A stretch of DNA of 64,000 bases. Source: an uncultured Chloroflexia bacterium (GTDB taxonomy: Bacteria; Chloroflexota; UBA6077; JACCZL01). Below the pieces are notes generated by a model that saw only the letters and a list, made by a program, of their open reading frames with translations, was not told the origin of the DNA and did no database searches. Positions 23,067-33,791 of this stretch are shown one piece after another. The stretch covers positions 256,001 to 320,000 of the forward strand of contig CAVXYC010000014.1 in the NCBI GenBank assembly GCA_963765765.1, read 5' to 3'. Each line of letters starts with the position of its first letter. Within the stretch, counting starts at the first letter, position 1. The translations under genes and the position numbers were made by a program.

Positions 23067-23537
23067 CTAGGCGCCGGAATCGGCAATCCCGCTATCTGCG
23101 AGTGCGGCGTTCAGCCTTCGAGCCGCCATGAGAACAATCTCCACCTCGTTGGCAAAAGCCAACCGTCCGAGCGCTTCGGACAACGGAAACCACGCGGCCT
23201 CATCATATTCGCCGTCGTGAAGTGACGTGTCGCCCCCGATCGCTTCCATAAGATAGAAGGCGACTGTCTTGAAATGTCTCTGGCCGTTTATGGCGAACCA
23301 ATACTGGATTTCATCCAGCGGGCAAACGAGCCGAACGAAGAGACCGGTCTCCTCTTGCGCCTCCCGTGTGGCCGCCTGTTCACGCGATTCCAGGTGGTTC
23401 GGCGTTCCTTTCGGAAGCTGCCACCGTTCCGGCGACCGCTGTCCAATCAGAGCAATTTCGATGCCGTCGGGGCGGCGTCGATAGACCACGCCGCCGGCAG
23501 AGAAATCATGAACCACCCTACCACCGCGCCTGGCCAT
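23067..23537 (-). CDS. NUDIX hydrolase
   Basis: LPKG...ESREQAATREAQEETG Nudix box. Confidence 0.92.
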   Translation of the reverse strand: MARRGGRVVHDFSAGGVVYRRRPDGIEIALIGQRSPERWQLPKGTPNHLESREQAATREAQEETGLFVRLVCPLDEIQYWFAINGQRHFKTVAFYLMEAIGGDTSLHDGEYDEAAWFPLSEALGRLAFANEVEIVLMAARRLNAALADSGIADSGA

Positions 23538-23690
23538 AGCTACACGTGCTCACAAGTAGGAGTATTGCGACATCGTAATGAGACTGCCTTGAAGATGGCC
23601 AGGTCATCTGCTACCATGGCCCAATCCTCAATGGGCCGGAAATGGCGTTCTGCGAGGTCCGAAACCCAGCATACCGAACGAGGGGGATGC

Positions 23691-24425
23691 ATGGCGGTCG
23701 CAGCCGAAAAGGCCATCCGCCTCGGGCACCCGAGCTACATCTGGCGGCGCGGCCAAGATCGTCGTCTCAATCTTATTCGTCAGTACGTAGCTCTCGAGGG
23801 TCGACGGATCCTCGATGTGGGTTGCGGCATCGGCATGTACGTCGAAAAATTTCGACGGTTCAGCACTGATGTGTACGGCGTGGACGTTGATGCTGAAAAG
23901 GTCGCTCAGGCGTCTCTCAACATGCCGAATATCAGCGAAGCCCCGGCTGAAGCGCTGCCTTTCGAAGACAATACTTTTGACGTCATCATGCTTCACGAGG
24001 TCATCGAGCATGTCGATGACGATCGGAGAGCGATCGAAGAAGCGGTCCGCTGCCTCAAGCCAGGCGGCCGGGTCATCATCTTCGCGCCCAATCGCCTCTA
24101 TCTCTTTGAGACGCACGGTTTCTATTTTTTGGGCCACTACTACTTCAAGCTGCTGCCGCTGGTGAACTACCTCCCGGATTGGCTACGCGATCTCTTCTGC
24201 CCCCACGTGCGCATTTATCGAGGGCGCGATATTCGCAAGCTCTTTGACCGCTTGCCCGTTGGCGTGCAGTTCTCCAGCTATATCTTTCCCGGGCTCGACA
24301 ACATCGCCGAACGGTACGGCTGGGTTGGACGGGCCGCGCAGAACATTGTGGACGTGATCGAAAGTACTCCGTTGCGCTGCTTCGGGATCTCGCACTTCGT
24401 GGTCTATCAAAAGAACGAAGCCTGA
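23691..24425 (+). CDS. Class I SAM-dependent methyltransferase
   Basis: ILDVGCGIG, LPFEDNTFD, VIEHV, LKPGG. Confidence 0.9.
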   Translation: MAVAAEKAIRLGHPSYIWRRGQDRRLNLIRQYVALEGRRILDVGCGIGMYVEKFRRFSTDVYGVDVDAEKVAQASLNMPNISEAPAEALPFEDNTFDVIMLHEVIEHVDDDRRAIEEAVRCLKPGGRVIIFAPNRLYLFETHGFYFLGHYYFKLLPLVNYLPDWLRDLFCPHVRIYRGRDIRKLFDRLPVGVQFSSYIFPGLDNIAERYGWVGRAAQNIVDVIESTPLRCFGISHFVVYQKNEA

Positions 24426-24449
24426 TCCGCGTTCCAACCTGGTTTCAAG

Positions 24450-24483
24450 AGTCCCGAGCGCACACGATGATGCTCTCGGGACT
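24450..24483. terminator. Intergenic hairpin
   Basis: AGTCCCGAG / CTCGGGACT stem; no clear U-tract. Confidence 0.45.
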
Positions 24484-24578
24484 TCCCGCGTCTGTGGCTC
24501 AACGCGCTATGGGAGAACTACGATGACAAACTCACGAGGATACAGGCGGCGCGCAATCTCGACTCAGGCAGGGTATCG

Positions 24579-26273
24579 ATGAACGGTGCGCAGGCGTTCG
24601 TCGAAGCGCTGCGACGAAATGACACGAAGATCGTATTCGGCATCCCAGGCGTGCATACGTTGCCGCTCTACAACGCACTTTATGACGCGCCGGATATTCG
24701 CCCTGTCATACCGCACCATGAATCAGGTGCATCGTTCGCGGCTGACGGCTATGCACGCGTAACGGGTCGACCGGCGGTGTGCGTGTCGGTTCCGGGACCG
24801 GGCGCTACGAACATGTCCACGGGTGTTGGAGTCGCATACGCCGATTGCGTTCCGATGGTTGTGATCACCAGCCAGATTCCGCGCGAGCTGCTTGGACGCG
24901 CCGCTGTTCACGATTGCGATATTGAATCCATTTATCGCCCAATCGTGAAAGCCTGCGTGCGCGCGGAGTCGCCAGACGAGGTGGGGCCGGCCGTGGATCG
25001 CGCATTCGCTCTCGCCGTTGAAGGACGGCCGGGCCCAGTGCAGATCATGCTCTGGGTGGACGCCCTGAGTCGTGAGATGGACCACGTGGAATCCATTGAT
25101 ATCGAGCCTTCCGACTTACACGGAGACAGAGGGGATAAGGCCTCTGTGAGGCCACCGCTGACGCCAGAGTCACGGGCACGGGCTGAGGTCGCGGCGCACA
25201 TCATCAACCAATCACAGAATCTGGCCATCATCGTTGGTGACGGAGCGGTAGAGTCGGGCGCGCACACGCTCCTTCGAGATCTGGCTGAGCGACGCGGCGC
25301 TGTAATCGCCACGTCTATCTCCGCGCGGGGCGCAGTGCCCGAAGACGATCCAAGCTGTATGGGTCCGCTGAGCTGGGAGAGCGTCCCTCAGGTGCTTAGC
25401 ACCGCGGATGCCTGTCTGGCCGTTGGCACACGCTTTTCTGAAATCTCCACGCTTGCCTGGACCCTGGCCATTCCGCAGCCGCTCATACGAATCGACATCG
25501 ACTCTGAGCAGCTCCAGAAGAACTACCCGGCAGAAGTGCCCATTGCTGGGGACGCCTACGCGGTACTGGAATCGATTCTCTCACTGGTGGAGACCAGTGA
25601 GCAGCAAACCAGGATTCGCGCCGTTAATTCCGAGGTTCAGTCGAAACACGCTGCGAATCGCAAGACCGTTCTTGCGACGGGGAGCGAAGTGCCGCTCCAC
25701 CCACGCTGGGTGACCGCAACGATCCGCGACGTCATGCCCGACGATACCGTGTTTACCAGCGATGGAACGGCCACGCAATTCTGGCTCACCGAGCCCAGTT
25801 TCCCGATCCGTCGCGTCAACGGGTTTCTGGTGCCAGAGGTATCGCAGACGATGGGCTTCGGACTCGGAGCGTCCATCGGCGCGCGACTCGGCACCCAGAC
25901 CAATCCCGTGGTGTGCATCACTGGCGATGGTAGCCTGATGATGACCATCAGCGAATTCGCCACCGCGGTCGACATTCGTGCGCCGCTCATCGTGATCGTG
26001 TTCGACGATGCGCACTACAATGCCCTGCGCATCTACCAGGATGGTCTCTACGATGGACGTCTGATCGGCGTGAAGCTAAACAATCCCGACTTCGTTGCCC
26101 TGGCACGAGCGATGGGCGCCGAGGCGGTGCGAGTCTCCGAGCCCTGCGAGCTGGCACCAGCCCTTCGTTGGGCTCTGGGCAATGAGGGCGTCACCCTGGT
26201 GGACGTTGTCGTTGATCATCGTCCCATGCCCAGCCGATATGAGCGGCGCGTGCGCCAGATGCGTGAAGAGTGA
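24579..26273 (+). CDS. Thiamine-pyrophosphate-dependent enzyme (acetolactate synthase-like)
   Basis: FGIPG, HESGASFAADGYAR, GPGATN, GDGS, NPDF. Confidence 0.92.
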   Translation: MNGAQAFVEALRRNDTKIVFGIPGVHTLPLYNALYDAPDIRPVIPHHESGASFAADGYARVTGRPAVCVSVPGPGATNMSTGVGVAYADCVPMVVITSQIPRELLGRAAVHDCDIESIYRPIVKACVRAESPDEVGPAVDRAFALAVEGRPGPVQIMLWVDALSREMDHVESIDIEPSDLHGDRGDKASVRPPLTPESRARAEVAAHIINQSQNLAIIVGDGAVESGAHTLLRDLAERRGAVIATSISARGAVPEDDPSCMGPLSWESVPQVLSTADACLAVGTRFSEISTLAWTLAIPQPLIRIDIDSEQLQKNYPAEVPIAGDAYAVLESILSLVETSEQQTRIRAVNSEVQSKHAANRKTVLATGSEVPLHPRWVTATIRDVMPDDTVFTSDGTATQFWLTEPSFPIRRVNGFLVPEVSQTMGFGLGASIGARLGTQTNPVVCITGDGSLMMTISEFATAVDIRAPLIVIVFDDAHYNALRIYQDGLYDGRLIGVKLNNPDFVALARAMGAEAVRVSEPCELAPALRWALGNEGVTLVDVVVDHRPMPSRYERRVRQMREE

Positions 26274-26288
26274 CGGTCATAACGGACG

Positions 26289-26786
26289 ATGTCGCTCTTC
26301 GCCCCAATTCCATCTGACTGGCACATGCCCGCAACCTTTCGCCGGTTCACTTGGATTGAGCCGGGATGTATCGGCGCATGCATTTACCCTCAATCAGATC
26401 TGGAGCTGGCCGAGCTCGCGGGACTTGGCGTGACATTGATCGTGAATTTACACGACCGTGCCCACGCTGAATCGTCTATCGGCCAGCATCAAATCGTTCA
26501 GCTTCATCTGCCCGTGCCCGATATGGCCGCACCCACGGTTGAGCAGCTGGAGCTGGGCGTCACCGCAATCGAATCGGCAATCGCCAACGGCGGCAAAGTC
26601 GTCGTGCATTGCGCCGTAGGACTCGGCCGCACTGGCACTCTCCTGTCCTGCTTGTACGTGAGCCGTGGACTTAACCCGGACGAAGCCATTGAGCACGTGA
26701 GGCAATTGCGGCCCGGCTCCGTGGAATCCGAAGTCCAGGTACGTGCGATCCATGAGTTTGCGCGAACTAGATCAGACAGCACATAG
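26289..26786 (+). CDS. Dual-specificity/protein-tyrosine phosphatase
   Basis: HCAVGLGRTG (Cx5R) and RPGSVE. Confidence 0.9.
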   Translation: MSLFAPIPSDWHMPATFRRFTWIEPGCIGACIYPQSDLELAELAGLGVTLIVNLHDRAHAESSIGQHQIVQLHLPVPDMAAPTVEQLELGVTAIESAIANGGKVVVHCAVGLGRTGTLLSCLYVSRGLNPDEAIEHVRQLRPGSVESEVQVRAIHEFARTRSDST

Positions 26787-26868
26787 CGCCCCGTATATCG
26801 ACCTAACGAGGGCTGCACCACTAGGTGGAAGGAACGCCGATATAATGCGCTCAAGAGGCGGATCGATC

Positions 26869-27497
26869 ATGGCGATGCACAGTCGCGTCCAACTGCTCGC
26901 GGAGGATATCTGGGACACACCAGATGACGAGAATCGCTACGAGGTCATCGACGGCGAGCTCTACGCGACTCCACCGTCGAGTTGGGCGCATCAGCACGTC
27001 GTAAGTGAGCTGCTTACCATTCTCCGAACGTTTGCTAGTTATCACGGCCTTGGCGAAGTCTACGGCGCGCCGCTCGGCGTCGTTCTCGAGCGCACGTCCG
27101 GGTCCAACCCGACATCGTATTTATCAGCCCCCGTCGCGCGGAGATCATCTCGGATCGTGGGCTCGAAGGCGCTCCCGACCTCGCCGTAGAAGTGCTGTCG
27201 CCCAGCACGGCGAGCCGTGATCGTGGCATCAAGATGCGCCGATACGCGGCCTCTGGGATTGAGCACTATTGGATCATCGATCCCCGGTGTCGCACACTTC
27301 AAACATATGAGCTTCGTGCCCACGGCTATGAGCTGGCAGCTTCACTTGGGGAAAACGATATCTTTGAGCCGCCACTGTTCCCAGGACTATCTATCAGGCT
27401 CCCAGATCTCTGGCGCCAAGGTGTCGTTATAGCTGTACGCCGGTCACGGATGAGCGGGAGCCCAAGGGTACTCCATCCGGCCGCGGTCTCCGCATAG
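26869..27497 (+). CDS. Uma2-family endonuclease-like protein, frameshift near 27100
   Basis: RYEVIDGEL, HQ, (V)QPDI, PDLAVEVLSPST, YWIIDP; TATAAT at 26841. Confidence 0.85.
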
Positions 27498-27513
27498 CCC
27501 CGCCAGGGTTGAA

Positions 27514-28658
27514 TTAGCTGTCGTCCACCACCCGCCGGGCCACGATGAGCTTCTGGATCTCGCTGGTGCCCTCGTAGATGCGCGTGATCCGAGCATCGCG
27601 ATAGAAACGCTCTACGGCCATCTCTTTCATGTAGCCCATGCCGCCGTGGACCTGGACGGCCTTATCCACGACTCGCGCGAAGGCTTCTGAAACGAATAGC
27701 TTCGCCATGGCAGCTTCTTTGATGATGTTCTGGCCCTGATCGCTCATCCAGGCCACCTGGCGGGTCATAGCACGAGAGGCAAAGATCTCCGTCGCCATCT
27801 CAGCTAGATATGCCTGGATCATCTGATGCTCAGAGATGGGCTTGCCCATGGTGACGCGCTGCTTTGCATAGCTGACCGACTCCTCGAGACACCGCTCCAT
27901 TCCACCGACGCAGCGGGAGGCCAACGTGGATCGACCTTTGGTAAGAATCTTGAGCGCGGCAACGTAGCCACTGCCCTCGGCGCCCAGCAGGTTTTCCGCC
28001 GGCACCTCACAGTCGGTGAAGAAAACTGGCGCCGTATGTGAGCCGCGCAGCCCCATCTTCTTTTCAGGGCTCCCGACACGCAGACCGGGAAACTCACGCT
28101 CCACAATGAAGGCGGAGATGCCGCGCGCGCCCTTGGATTTGTCCGTCGCGGCGAACACGGTGAAGATGTCCGCATCGGGCGCGTTAGTGATGAAACACTT
28201 CTGGCCGTTGAGGATGTAGCGATCCCCTTGCCGCTCAGCCACCGTCTCGATCTGAGCGGCATCCGATCCCGCCTGCGGCTCGGTGAGCGCAAAACAGGCC
28301 AGCCGCTCGCCCACCGCCATCGGGGGCAGGTATCGGCTCTTCTGCTCATCGGTGCCCAGCTCCACAATGCCCGTGGTGCCGATGCCGGCGTGGGCCCCAA
28401 TGACGGTGCAGAACCCATGACTACCGCGCCCCAGCTCCTCGTAGATGAGCGATTGGCCAACGACACCCTGTCCCAGTCCGCCGTACTCTTCTGGAATCCG
28501 AATTCCGAAAAGTCCGAGCGCCTTGGCATCATCAAGTACCGCCGGGGCACCTCATCCTGCTCATCGATCTCGCGCTCAATGGGCATCACACGACCATTCA
28601 CGAAGTCGCGCGTGGCCCCCATCATTGCCCGGAGCTCATCCGGAATCGTGTAGTCCAT
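27514..28658 (-). CDS. Acyl-CoA dehydrogenase, frameshift near 28545
   Basis: IPEEYGGLG, FALTEPQAGSD, NGQKCFITN, IYEGTSEIQ. Confidence 0.92.
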
Positions 28659-28683
28659 GTGTTTCCTCCGAGTTCCTGACAGT

Positions 28684-28799
28684 CGGCGCGAAGCGCTTTG
28701 GAGTGCGTGTGCGGAGCGCCGCGTTCTGAGTTACTCAGCCGGTGCCAGCGAGCAATAGAATCGGCGCTCCGCGCACACACTCCAAAGCGCTTCGCGCCG
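28684..28799. repeat. REP/REPIN-like long inverted repeat (second family)
   Basis: CGGCGCGAAGCGCTTTGGAGTGCGTGTGCGGAGCGCCG ... CGGCGCTCCGCGCACACACTCCAAAGCGCTTCGCGCCG. Confidence 0.85.
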
Positions 28800-28809
28800 T
28801 CATTGTTTC

Positions 28810-29601
28810 CTACCAGATCGTTGTCCCACCATCCACGGCGATCGCCTGGCCCGTGATGTACGACGAGGCGGGGCTGGCGAGAAAGACGGCTACACCCTTT
28901 AGCTCGCCCGGTCGCCCAACCCGTTGTAGCGGTGATCCCTCAGCGATCTGCTCGCCCCGCTCCGCAAGGACGCCCTTCGTCATGCGAGTGGGAAAGTAGC
29001 CGGGGCAAATGGCGTTCACCAGAATGTTGTGCCCAGCCATGTGTGACGCCAATGTCCGCGTGAGCCCGATGAGGCCAGCCTTGCTGGCGCTGTATCCGAT
29101 CGCACTCAATCGCTGCGGCGATTCACCCTTCAGGCCGGCGATGGACGCGATGTTGATGATCCGTCCGCCTTCACCCTGCTCCACCAGGAATTTACAGACT
29201 TCCTGGGAAAGGATCCATGCGCCCGTCAAATTTATCTCGAGCACATATTGCCAGCGGTCCAAGGGCATCTCCAATGTAGGCGCTCCCCAGGAAACGCCCG
29301 CGCCATTCACCAGAATGTCAATCCGGCCGAATCGCTCACGGACATTCGCGAGGAGGCGTTGAGCCGCTTCAGGATCGGTCACCGAGCCCTGAAATGCGAG
29401 CGCTTGAATGCCTATGGATTTGAGATGGTCAGTGGCCTCTTGCAAATCGGGCTCACGCCGCGCCGTGATACAGACTGAAGCGCCTGCTTCTCCCAGTCCT
29501 TCGGCCATCTCCAGGCCAAGCCCGCGCGAGCCACCGGTGACGATGGCCACGCGGCCGGTCAGATCAAACAGCTCAGAGAGGCGGGGTAGATCCATGTGCA
29601 T
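28810..29601 (-). CDS. SDR oxidoreductase (gluconate 5-dehydrogenase-like)
   Basis: TGGSRGLG, YSASK, PGYFPT. Confidence 0.92.
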   Translation of the reverse strand: MHMDLPRLSELFDLTGRVAIVTGGSRGLGLEMAEGLGEAGASVCITARREPDLQEATDHLKSIGIQALAFQGSVTDPEAAQRLLANVRERFGRIDILVNGAGVSWGAPTLEMPLDRWQYVLEINLTGAWILSQEVCKFLVEQGEGGRIINIASIAGLKGESPQRLSAIGYSASKAGLIGLTRTLASHMAGHNILVNAICPGYFPTRMTKGVLAERGEQIAEGSPLQRVGRPGELKGVAVFLASPASSYITGQAIAVDGGTTIW

Positions 29602-29627
29602 TCCTCAGTGTGCGCTTTGTGCGCCGC

Positions 29628-30426
29628 CTAACCTTTAGCAACCGAAATGTCTGGTAGGTCGGCGCATCCTTGCTCGTAGCAGTCCACAATGACCTTGACC
29701 ACCTCATCTGGATCGTCCGTGCAGAGGATGAGCTCGAGGTCCTCCTTCGAGATCTTTCCGCCGGCCAGCGTTGCATCGCTGATCCAGTCGATCAGCCCCT
29801 TCCAGTAGTCCTTGCCAACCAGGATGACGGGAAAGTGATGCAGCTTCTTCGTCTGAATGAGGGTGAGGGCCTCGAACAGCTCATCGAGTGTGCCGAATCC
29901 ACCTGGAAAGATGACAAACGCTTCAGCGTACTTTACGAACATCGTCTTGCGAACGAAGAAGTATCGAAAGTTGACCGTGATGTCCACGTACGGGTTGACC
30001 ATCTGCTCGTGCGGCAGCTCGATGGCACATCCGATCGACTTCACGCCCGCCTTACGCGCGCCGAGATTGCCAGCTTCCATGATCCCCGGCCCGCCACCCG
30101 TGATGATGGAAAAGCCCGCGCGACCAAGTCGTTCGGCAATGGTGACCGCCAACGCGTATTGAGGGTCGATTTTGAGGAGTGCGCGCCGAGCCGAACAGCG
30201 TCACCGACGGTCCCACATTTGCCAGGGCATCGAACCCGGCCACGAACTCGCCCTGAATCCGTAGAACGCGCCAGGGATCGCTGTTCAAGTGCGCCGCGTC
30301 CGAGTCACTCCGCACCAGGAGCTGCTCATCCTGAGTCCGCTCACCCGAGCGGGCAGCGGTATTGAGGGAGACGTTCGGCAGCGGAGCGCCGTTACGTTGG
30401 GAGACGAATTGATTTCGTGATGGCAT
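29628..30426 (-). CDS. LOG-family (TIGR00730-like) Rossmann-fold protein, frameshift near 30170
   Basis: FGSAR, TGGGPGIMEA, YFFVRK, PGGFGTLDE. Confidence 0.9.
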
Positions 30427-30522
30427 GGTTGCGTACCTCAGAAAACGGGGAAACCGGTTGCTCGAGAGCTTTGAACCTCTCGAGCCTGGAGGAGATCCAA
30501 GGCACGCTTCGCGCCAATGCCA

Positions 30523-31284
30523 TCATCCGCGCGGACCTCCCGCGGCGTAAATCGTCTGGCCAGTGACGAAGCTGGATTCATCAGACACCAGAAACGCGAT
30601 CACATTGGCAATGTCGATCGGCTGGCCAACCCTGCGCAACGGCGTAGCAGCTGCGCGATCCGTCTTCATTTGCTCAAAGTCCACGCCCATGCGCTCTGCC
30701 GTTGCCTGAGTCATCCGCGTCTCCACAAATCCAGGTGCAACGGCGTTGACATTGATGTTGAATGGGCCCAGCTCAATCGAGAGCGTACGTGCCATGCCCT
30801 GCAGGCCCATCTTGGCGGTGCTGTAGTTGGTTTGCCCACGATTGCCAAGCGCCGAGGTGGACGAAAGGAACACGATCTTCCCATAGCGTTGCTCCACCAT
30901 GTGCTTCTGCGCCGCCTGGGAGGCGAGAAAGGTTCCGCGAAGGTGGGTATTGATGACGCCATCCCAGTCCTCGTCGCTCATACGGAAGAGCAGGTTGTCA
31001 CGCGTCACACCGGCACAGGCAACGAGAATATCGAGCCGACTAAATTCGCTCACAGCGCGCTCAACGGCGGCTTCCACCGATGGACGTGCCGTGACGTCAC
31101 ACTGCTGCGCGGCGGCTCTACCACCGCGAGAACGAATCTGCCCAGCGGTTTCTTCCGCGGGCGCGAGGTCCATGTCTGCGATGAGAATGGCAGCACCCTG
31201 TTCCGCGAGTAGCTGGCCCGTTGCCGCGCCAATGCCACGCCCACCACCCGTAATGAGCGCTACGCGCCCGTCAAATCGTGCCAT
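30523..31284 (-). CDS. FabG-like SDR oxidoreductase
   Basis: TGGGRGIG, AGVTRD, GQTNYSTAK. Confidence 0.92.
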   Translation of the reverse strand: MARFDGRVALITGGGRGIGAATGQLLAEQGAAILIADMDLAPAEETAGQIRSRGGRAAAQQCDVTARPSVEAAVERAVSEFSRLDILVACAGVTRDNLLFRMSDEDWDGVINTHLRGTFLASQAAQKHMVEQRYGKIVFLSSTSALGNRGQTNYSTAKMGLQGMARTLSIELGPFNINVNAVAPGFVETRMTQATAERMGVDFEQMKTDRAAATPLRRVGQPIDIANVIAFLVSDESSFVTGQTIYAAGGPRG

Positions 31285-31298
31285 GACCTTCTCCCAAC

Positions 31299-32192
31299 CT
31301 AGCCATCGCTGAGCCGAGGACGTACGTCCTCGGCAAACTGCCGCATGCCGTCAAGAATCGATTCGCGAGTATTTTCACTAAAGTCGGCCACCAGGTGATC
31401 GAGGCCGGCGGCCTGATATGCCTGGAGCTGTTCAACGATCCGGTCTGCGGAGCCGCTCAGCACTGCTCGAACCGTGCCCTGTCGACTCACATCATTGGGT
31501 ACTTCTTTGCCCATCACGATCCGGATTCGGAGCGACCCGGTGATCCTGCGACCATCGGCAAGAGACCGAATGGTGCTCATGCCACGAGCGTAGTCCTCAA
31601 CGGTCGCGGCCACCGGGTGCCAGCCATCCGCGAGCGTCGCTGCGCGACGCATCGCTGCCATGCTCGGCCCTCCGATCCAGATGGGCGGACCGCCGGGCTG
31701 TACAGGCTTTGGCCCGAAGAGAACGTCGCCAAACCGAGTGAATTCGCCATCAAATCGAGGATCGTCCTGAGCCCAGAGAGTTTTCAGCACCCCAATGGCT
31801 TCATTGAGTCGCTTGCCCCGATTTCCAAACTCCGCGCTGAGCGCATCGAACTCGGATTCATTCCAGCCAGCGCCTACGCCCAGGATGACGCGCCCGCCGG
31901 AGAGAACGTCCAGGGAGGCGACTTCCTTGGCGATGAGCACGGGGTTCCGCATTGGAAATACAAGCACTGAGACCCCAAGCTTCACTCGGCGCGCGATGGA
32001 TGCGAGGTATGACAGTGTGATGAGTGCCTCGAGGATTCGGCCGTATGGCTCCTCTTGTCCGCGCGACATCAGCACGTGATCGGTTGTCCAAATCGAGTCA
32101 AACCCAAGCTCGTCCGCGGAGGAGGCGACTGCCTCCAGGTCTTCGCGCGTGCCCATGGTGCTGAAATTGGGCAGGATGACGCCAACCTGCAT
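31299..32192 (-). CDS. LLM-class, probably F420-dependent oxidoreductase
   Basis: GFDSIWTTDH, LDVLSGGRVILGVGAGW, PKPVQ..PPIWIGG. Confidence 0.88.
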   Translation of the reverse strand: MQVGVILPNFSTMGTREDLEAVASSADELGFDSIWTTDHVLMSRGQEEPYGRILEALITLSYLASIARRVKLGVSVLVFPMRNPVLIAKEVASLDVLSGGRVILGVGAGWNESEFDALSAEFGNRGKRLNEAIGVLKTLWAQDDPRFDGEFTRFGDVLFGPKPVQPGGPPIWIGGPSMAAMRRAATLADGWHPVAATVEDYARGMSTIRSLADGRRITGSLRIRIVMGKEVPNDVSRQGTVRAVLSGSADRIVEQLQAYQAAGLDHLVADFSENTRESILDGMRQFAEDVRPRLSDG

Positions 32193-32361
32193 GGTGTGTG
32201 CTCTCCCCAGAGTATTCGAGTCGCGGGCGACTCGGAATCAATCCTAGCTCATGTCGATGGAGCTCATACGTCCATCCGGGGGTGCGGGGTGAGCGCAAGA
32301 ATTGAGGATGAGATCTGCCGGAATCAACCCATTTAATTTGCACGACAAGCGCACGATTTAG

Positions 32362-32370
32362 TGCTAGACT
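32362..32370 (+). promoter_or_regulatory. Putative extended -10 promoter
   Basis: TGcTAGACT about 110 nt upstream of the zinc-ribbon gene. Confidence 0.4.
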
Positions 32371-32376
32371 GCTCGC

Positions 32377-32457
32377 GCTGGTTCGTTTCGGGAGCCCGTC
32401 GACGGGCTTCGCCGGTGGCTCACCACCTTCCGAATTCCCTCACGCTAACGGAACCGC
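32377..32457 (+). ncRNA. Candidate structured 5' leader RNA
   Basis: Nested stems GGTTCGTT/AACGGAACC and TTCGGG/TCCGAA enclosing hairpins GCCCGT-CG-ACGGGC and GGTGG-CTCA-CCACC. Confidence 0.4.
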
Positions 32458-32479
32458 CAAGCCCACTGGAGAAGGTGTT

Positions 32480-32833
32480 GTGAGCTACACCGATCAAACA
32501 CTGACCTGCCGCGATTGCGGCGCTCTCTTCCCATTCACTGCGAGTGAACAGGAGTTTTACGCTTCGAAGGGATTTGATAATCCGCCGTCCCGCTGTCCGA
32601 GCTGTAGGGCTGCCCGCAAGGCGCAGCGCAGCCAGGGCGGTGGCAGCGATTGGGGCTACTCAGATCGGCCGCGCGAACGGCAGATGTTTACAGTTGCCTG
32701 CTCGAGCTGCGGTCAGGACGCACAGGTACCGTTTGAGCCAACCCAGGGTCGTCCGGTCTATTGCTCGGACTGCTTCAACAACCAGCGATCCGGCGGAGGC
32801 GCGGAAGGCGGGCGCCGACAGTCCTACCGGTAA
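32480..32833 (+). CDS. Zinc-ribbon protein with CxxC-x17-CxxC domain
   Basis: DQTLTCRDCG..FTASEQEFY..RCPSCR and CSSCG..VPFEP..RPVYCSDCF. Confidence 0.92.
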   Translation: MSYTDQTLTCRDCGALFPFTASEQEFYASKGFDNPPSRCPSCRAARKAQRSQGGGSDWGYSDRPRERQMFTVACSSCGQDAQVPFEPTQGRPVYCSDCFNNQRSGGGAEGGRRQSYR

Positions 32834-32867
32834 AGACAAGGCGCCTCTTCTAAATTGAGAAGCCTTG

Positions 32868-32900
32868 GGGTGAGGGTAGCAAGCTACCCTCACCCTTTTT
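32868..32900 (+). terminator. Rho-independent terminator
   Basis: GGGTGAGGGTAGC-AA-GCTACCCTCACCC followed by TTTTT. Confidence 0.9.
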
Positions 32901-32907
32901 GATGCTG

Positions 32908-33702
32908 CTAAGGGTTCTCTTCTGAGGCATCAGCTATCAGTGCCTCACGTAATTTTTCGTACTGGGGCGGATACTGGGGTGAGAAGCGCATGAACTTCGG
33001 TACCGGATATCTGATCCCGGCCGCGTGGGTTGCCTCCAGGCCGTGGATCACCTCGTCTGACCAATCGAAGGGCATGGCAAAAATCATCTCGTCATCATCC
33101 GTCAAGCCAAATATGCGGTCGCCGGAGCAGGGTAAGATGTACTGCGGTTGTTGGGTGAGCAAGGTTCGGATGATGATCTCGGAGCAATCGATCCGGCCGG
33201 TGGATAGGCTGTTCAATGCGCCACCTCGACTGAACAGCGAGGCCTGCACGAGCCGCATGACCTGAGCTGAGTTGCCGTAAACGCACACCACCTGCGGCTC
33301 GAACTCCGCGCGGTCTAACGGAGCCATCAGAATGCCCACGTACTTTCCGTGCTCTAGCCTGGGAACCAGCTGCTCGGTGATCGCGCCGGCCTCAGCAGTC
33401 TCTGTGTAAAGTCCTTCGCACGCATGCCCCTCCGCCTGAAACGTGACTGGCGCAGAAAAGCCGAACGGCACGAAGACCAGGGGGCAGCTTAGATCGTCCG
33501 GGGTAACTTCAACCGCCCATCCATACCGACGACTTATACCGACGGCCTGACAGATGGTTACCTGCACTTCGAGGTCGCGGTGAGGTCGACGCACCCGCGC
33601 CGGGATGGGCTCGTCCGCGGTGACCATACGGATCGCGAGTGGAAACGTTGACGGTCGCACGTAGCGTGAGATCGCTGCGTCGAGGGTGGCCAGATCGCTC
33701 AT
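32908..33702 (-). CDS. DUF169-like protein
   Basis: PLAI, TICQAVGISRRYG, QVMRLVQA, LPCSGDR..G..DDEM. Confidence 0.75.
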   Translation of the reverse strand: MSDLATLDAAISRYVRPSTFPLAIRMVTADEPIPARVRRPHRDLEVQVTICQAVGISRRYGWAVEVTPDDLSCPLVFVPFGFSAPVTFQAEGHACEGLYTETAEAGAITEQLVPRLEHGKYVGILMAPLDRAEFEPQVVCVYGNSAQVMRLVQASLFSRGGALNSLSTGRIDCSEIIIRTLLTQQPQYILPCSGDRIFGLTDDDEMIFAMPFDWSDEVIHGLEATHAAGIRYPVPKFMRFSPQYPPQYEKLREALIADASEENP

Positions 33703-33791
33703 GAGGTCAGTATAAGCGTCCTCCCTCTAAGCCGAGCCAACTGAGCGCTCGATAAGATGGCAACTGACACGCAAAGACAGGAGACATACCC

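Noticed and set aside
30460-30485. Hairpin GCTCGAGAG/CTCTCGAGC between the FabG-like and LOG genes
   Set aside because: Ordinary intergenic stem-loop without a U-tract; nothing further supports a function
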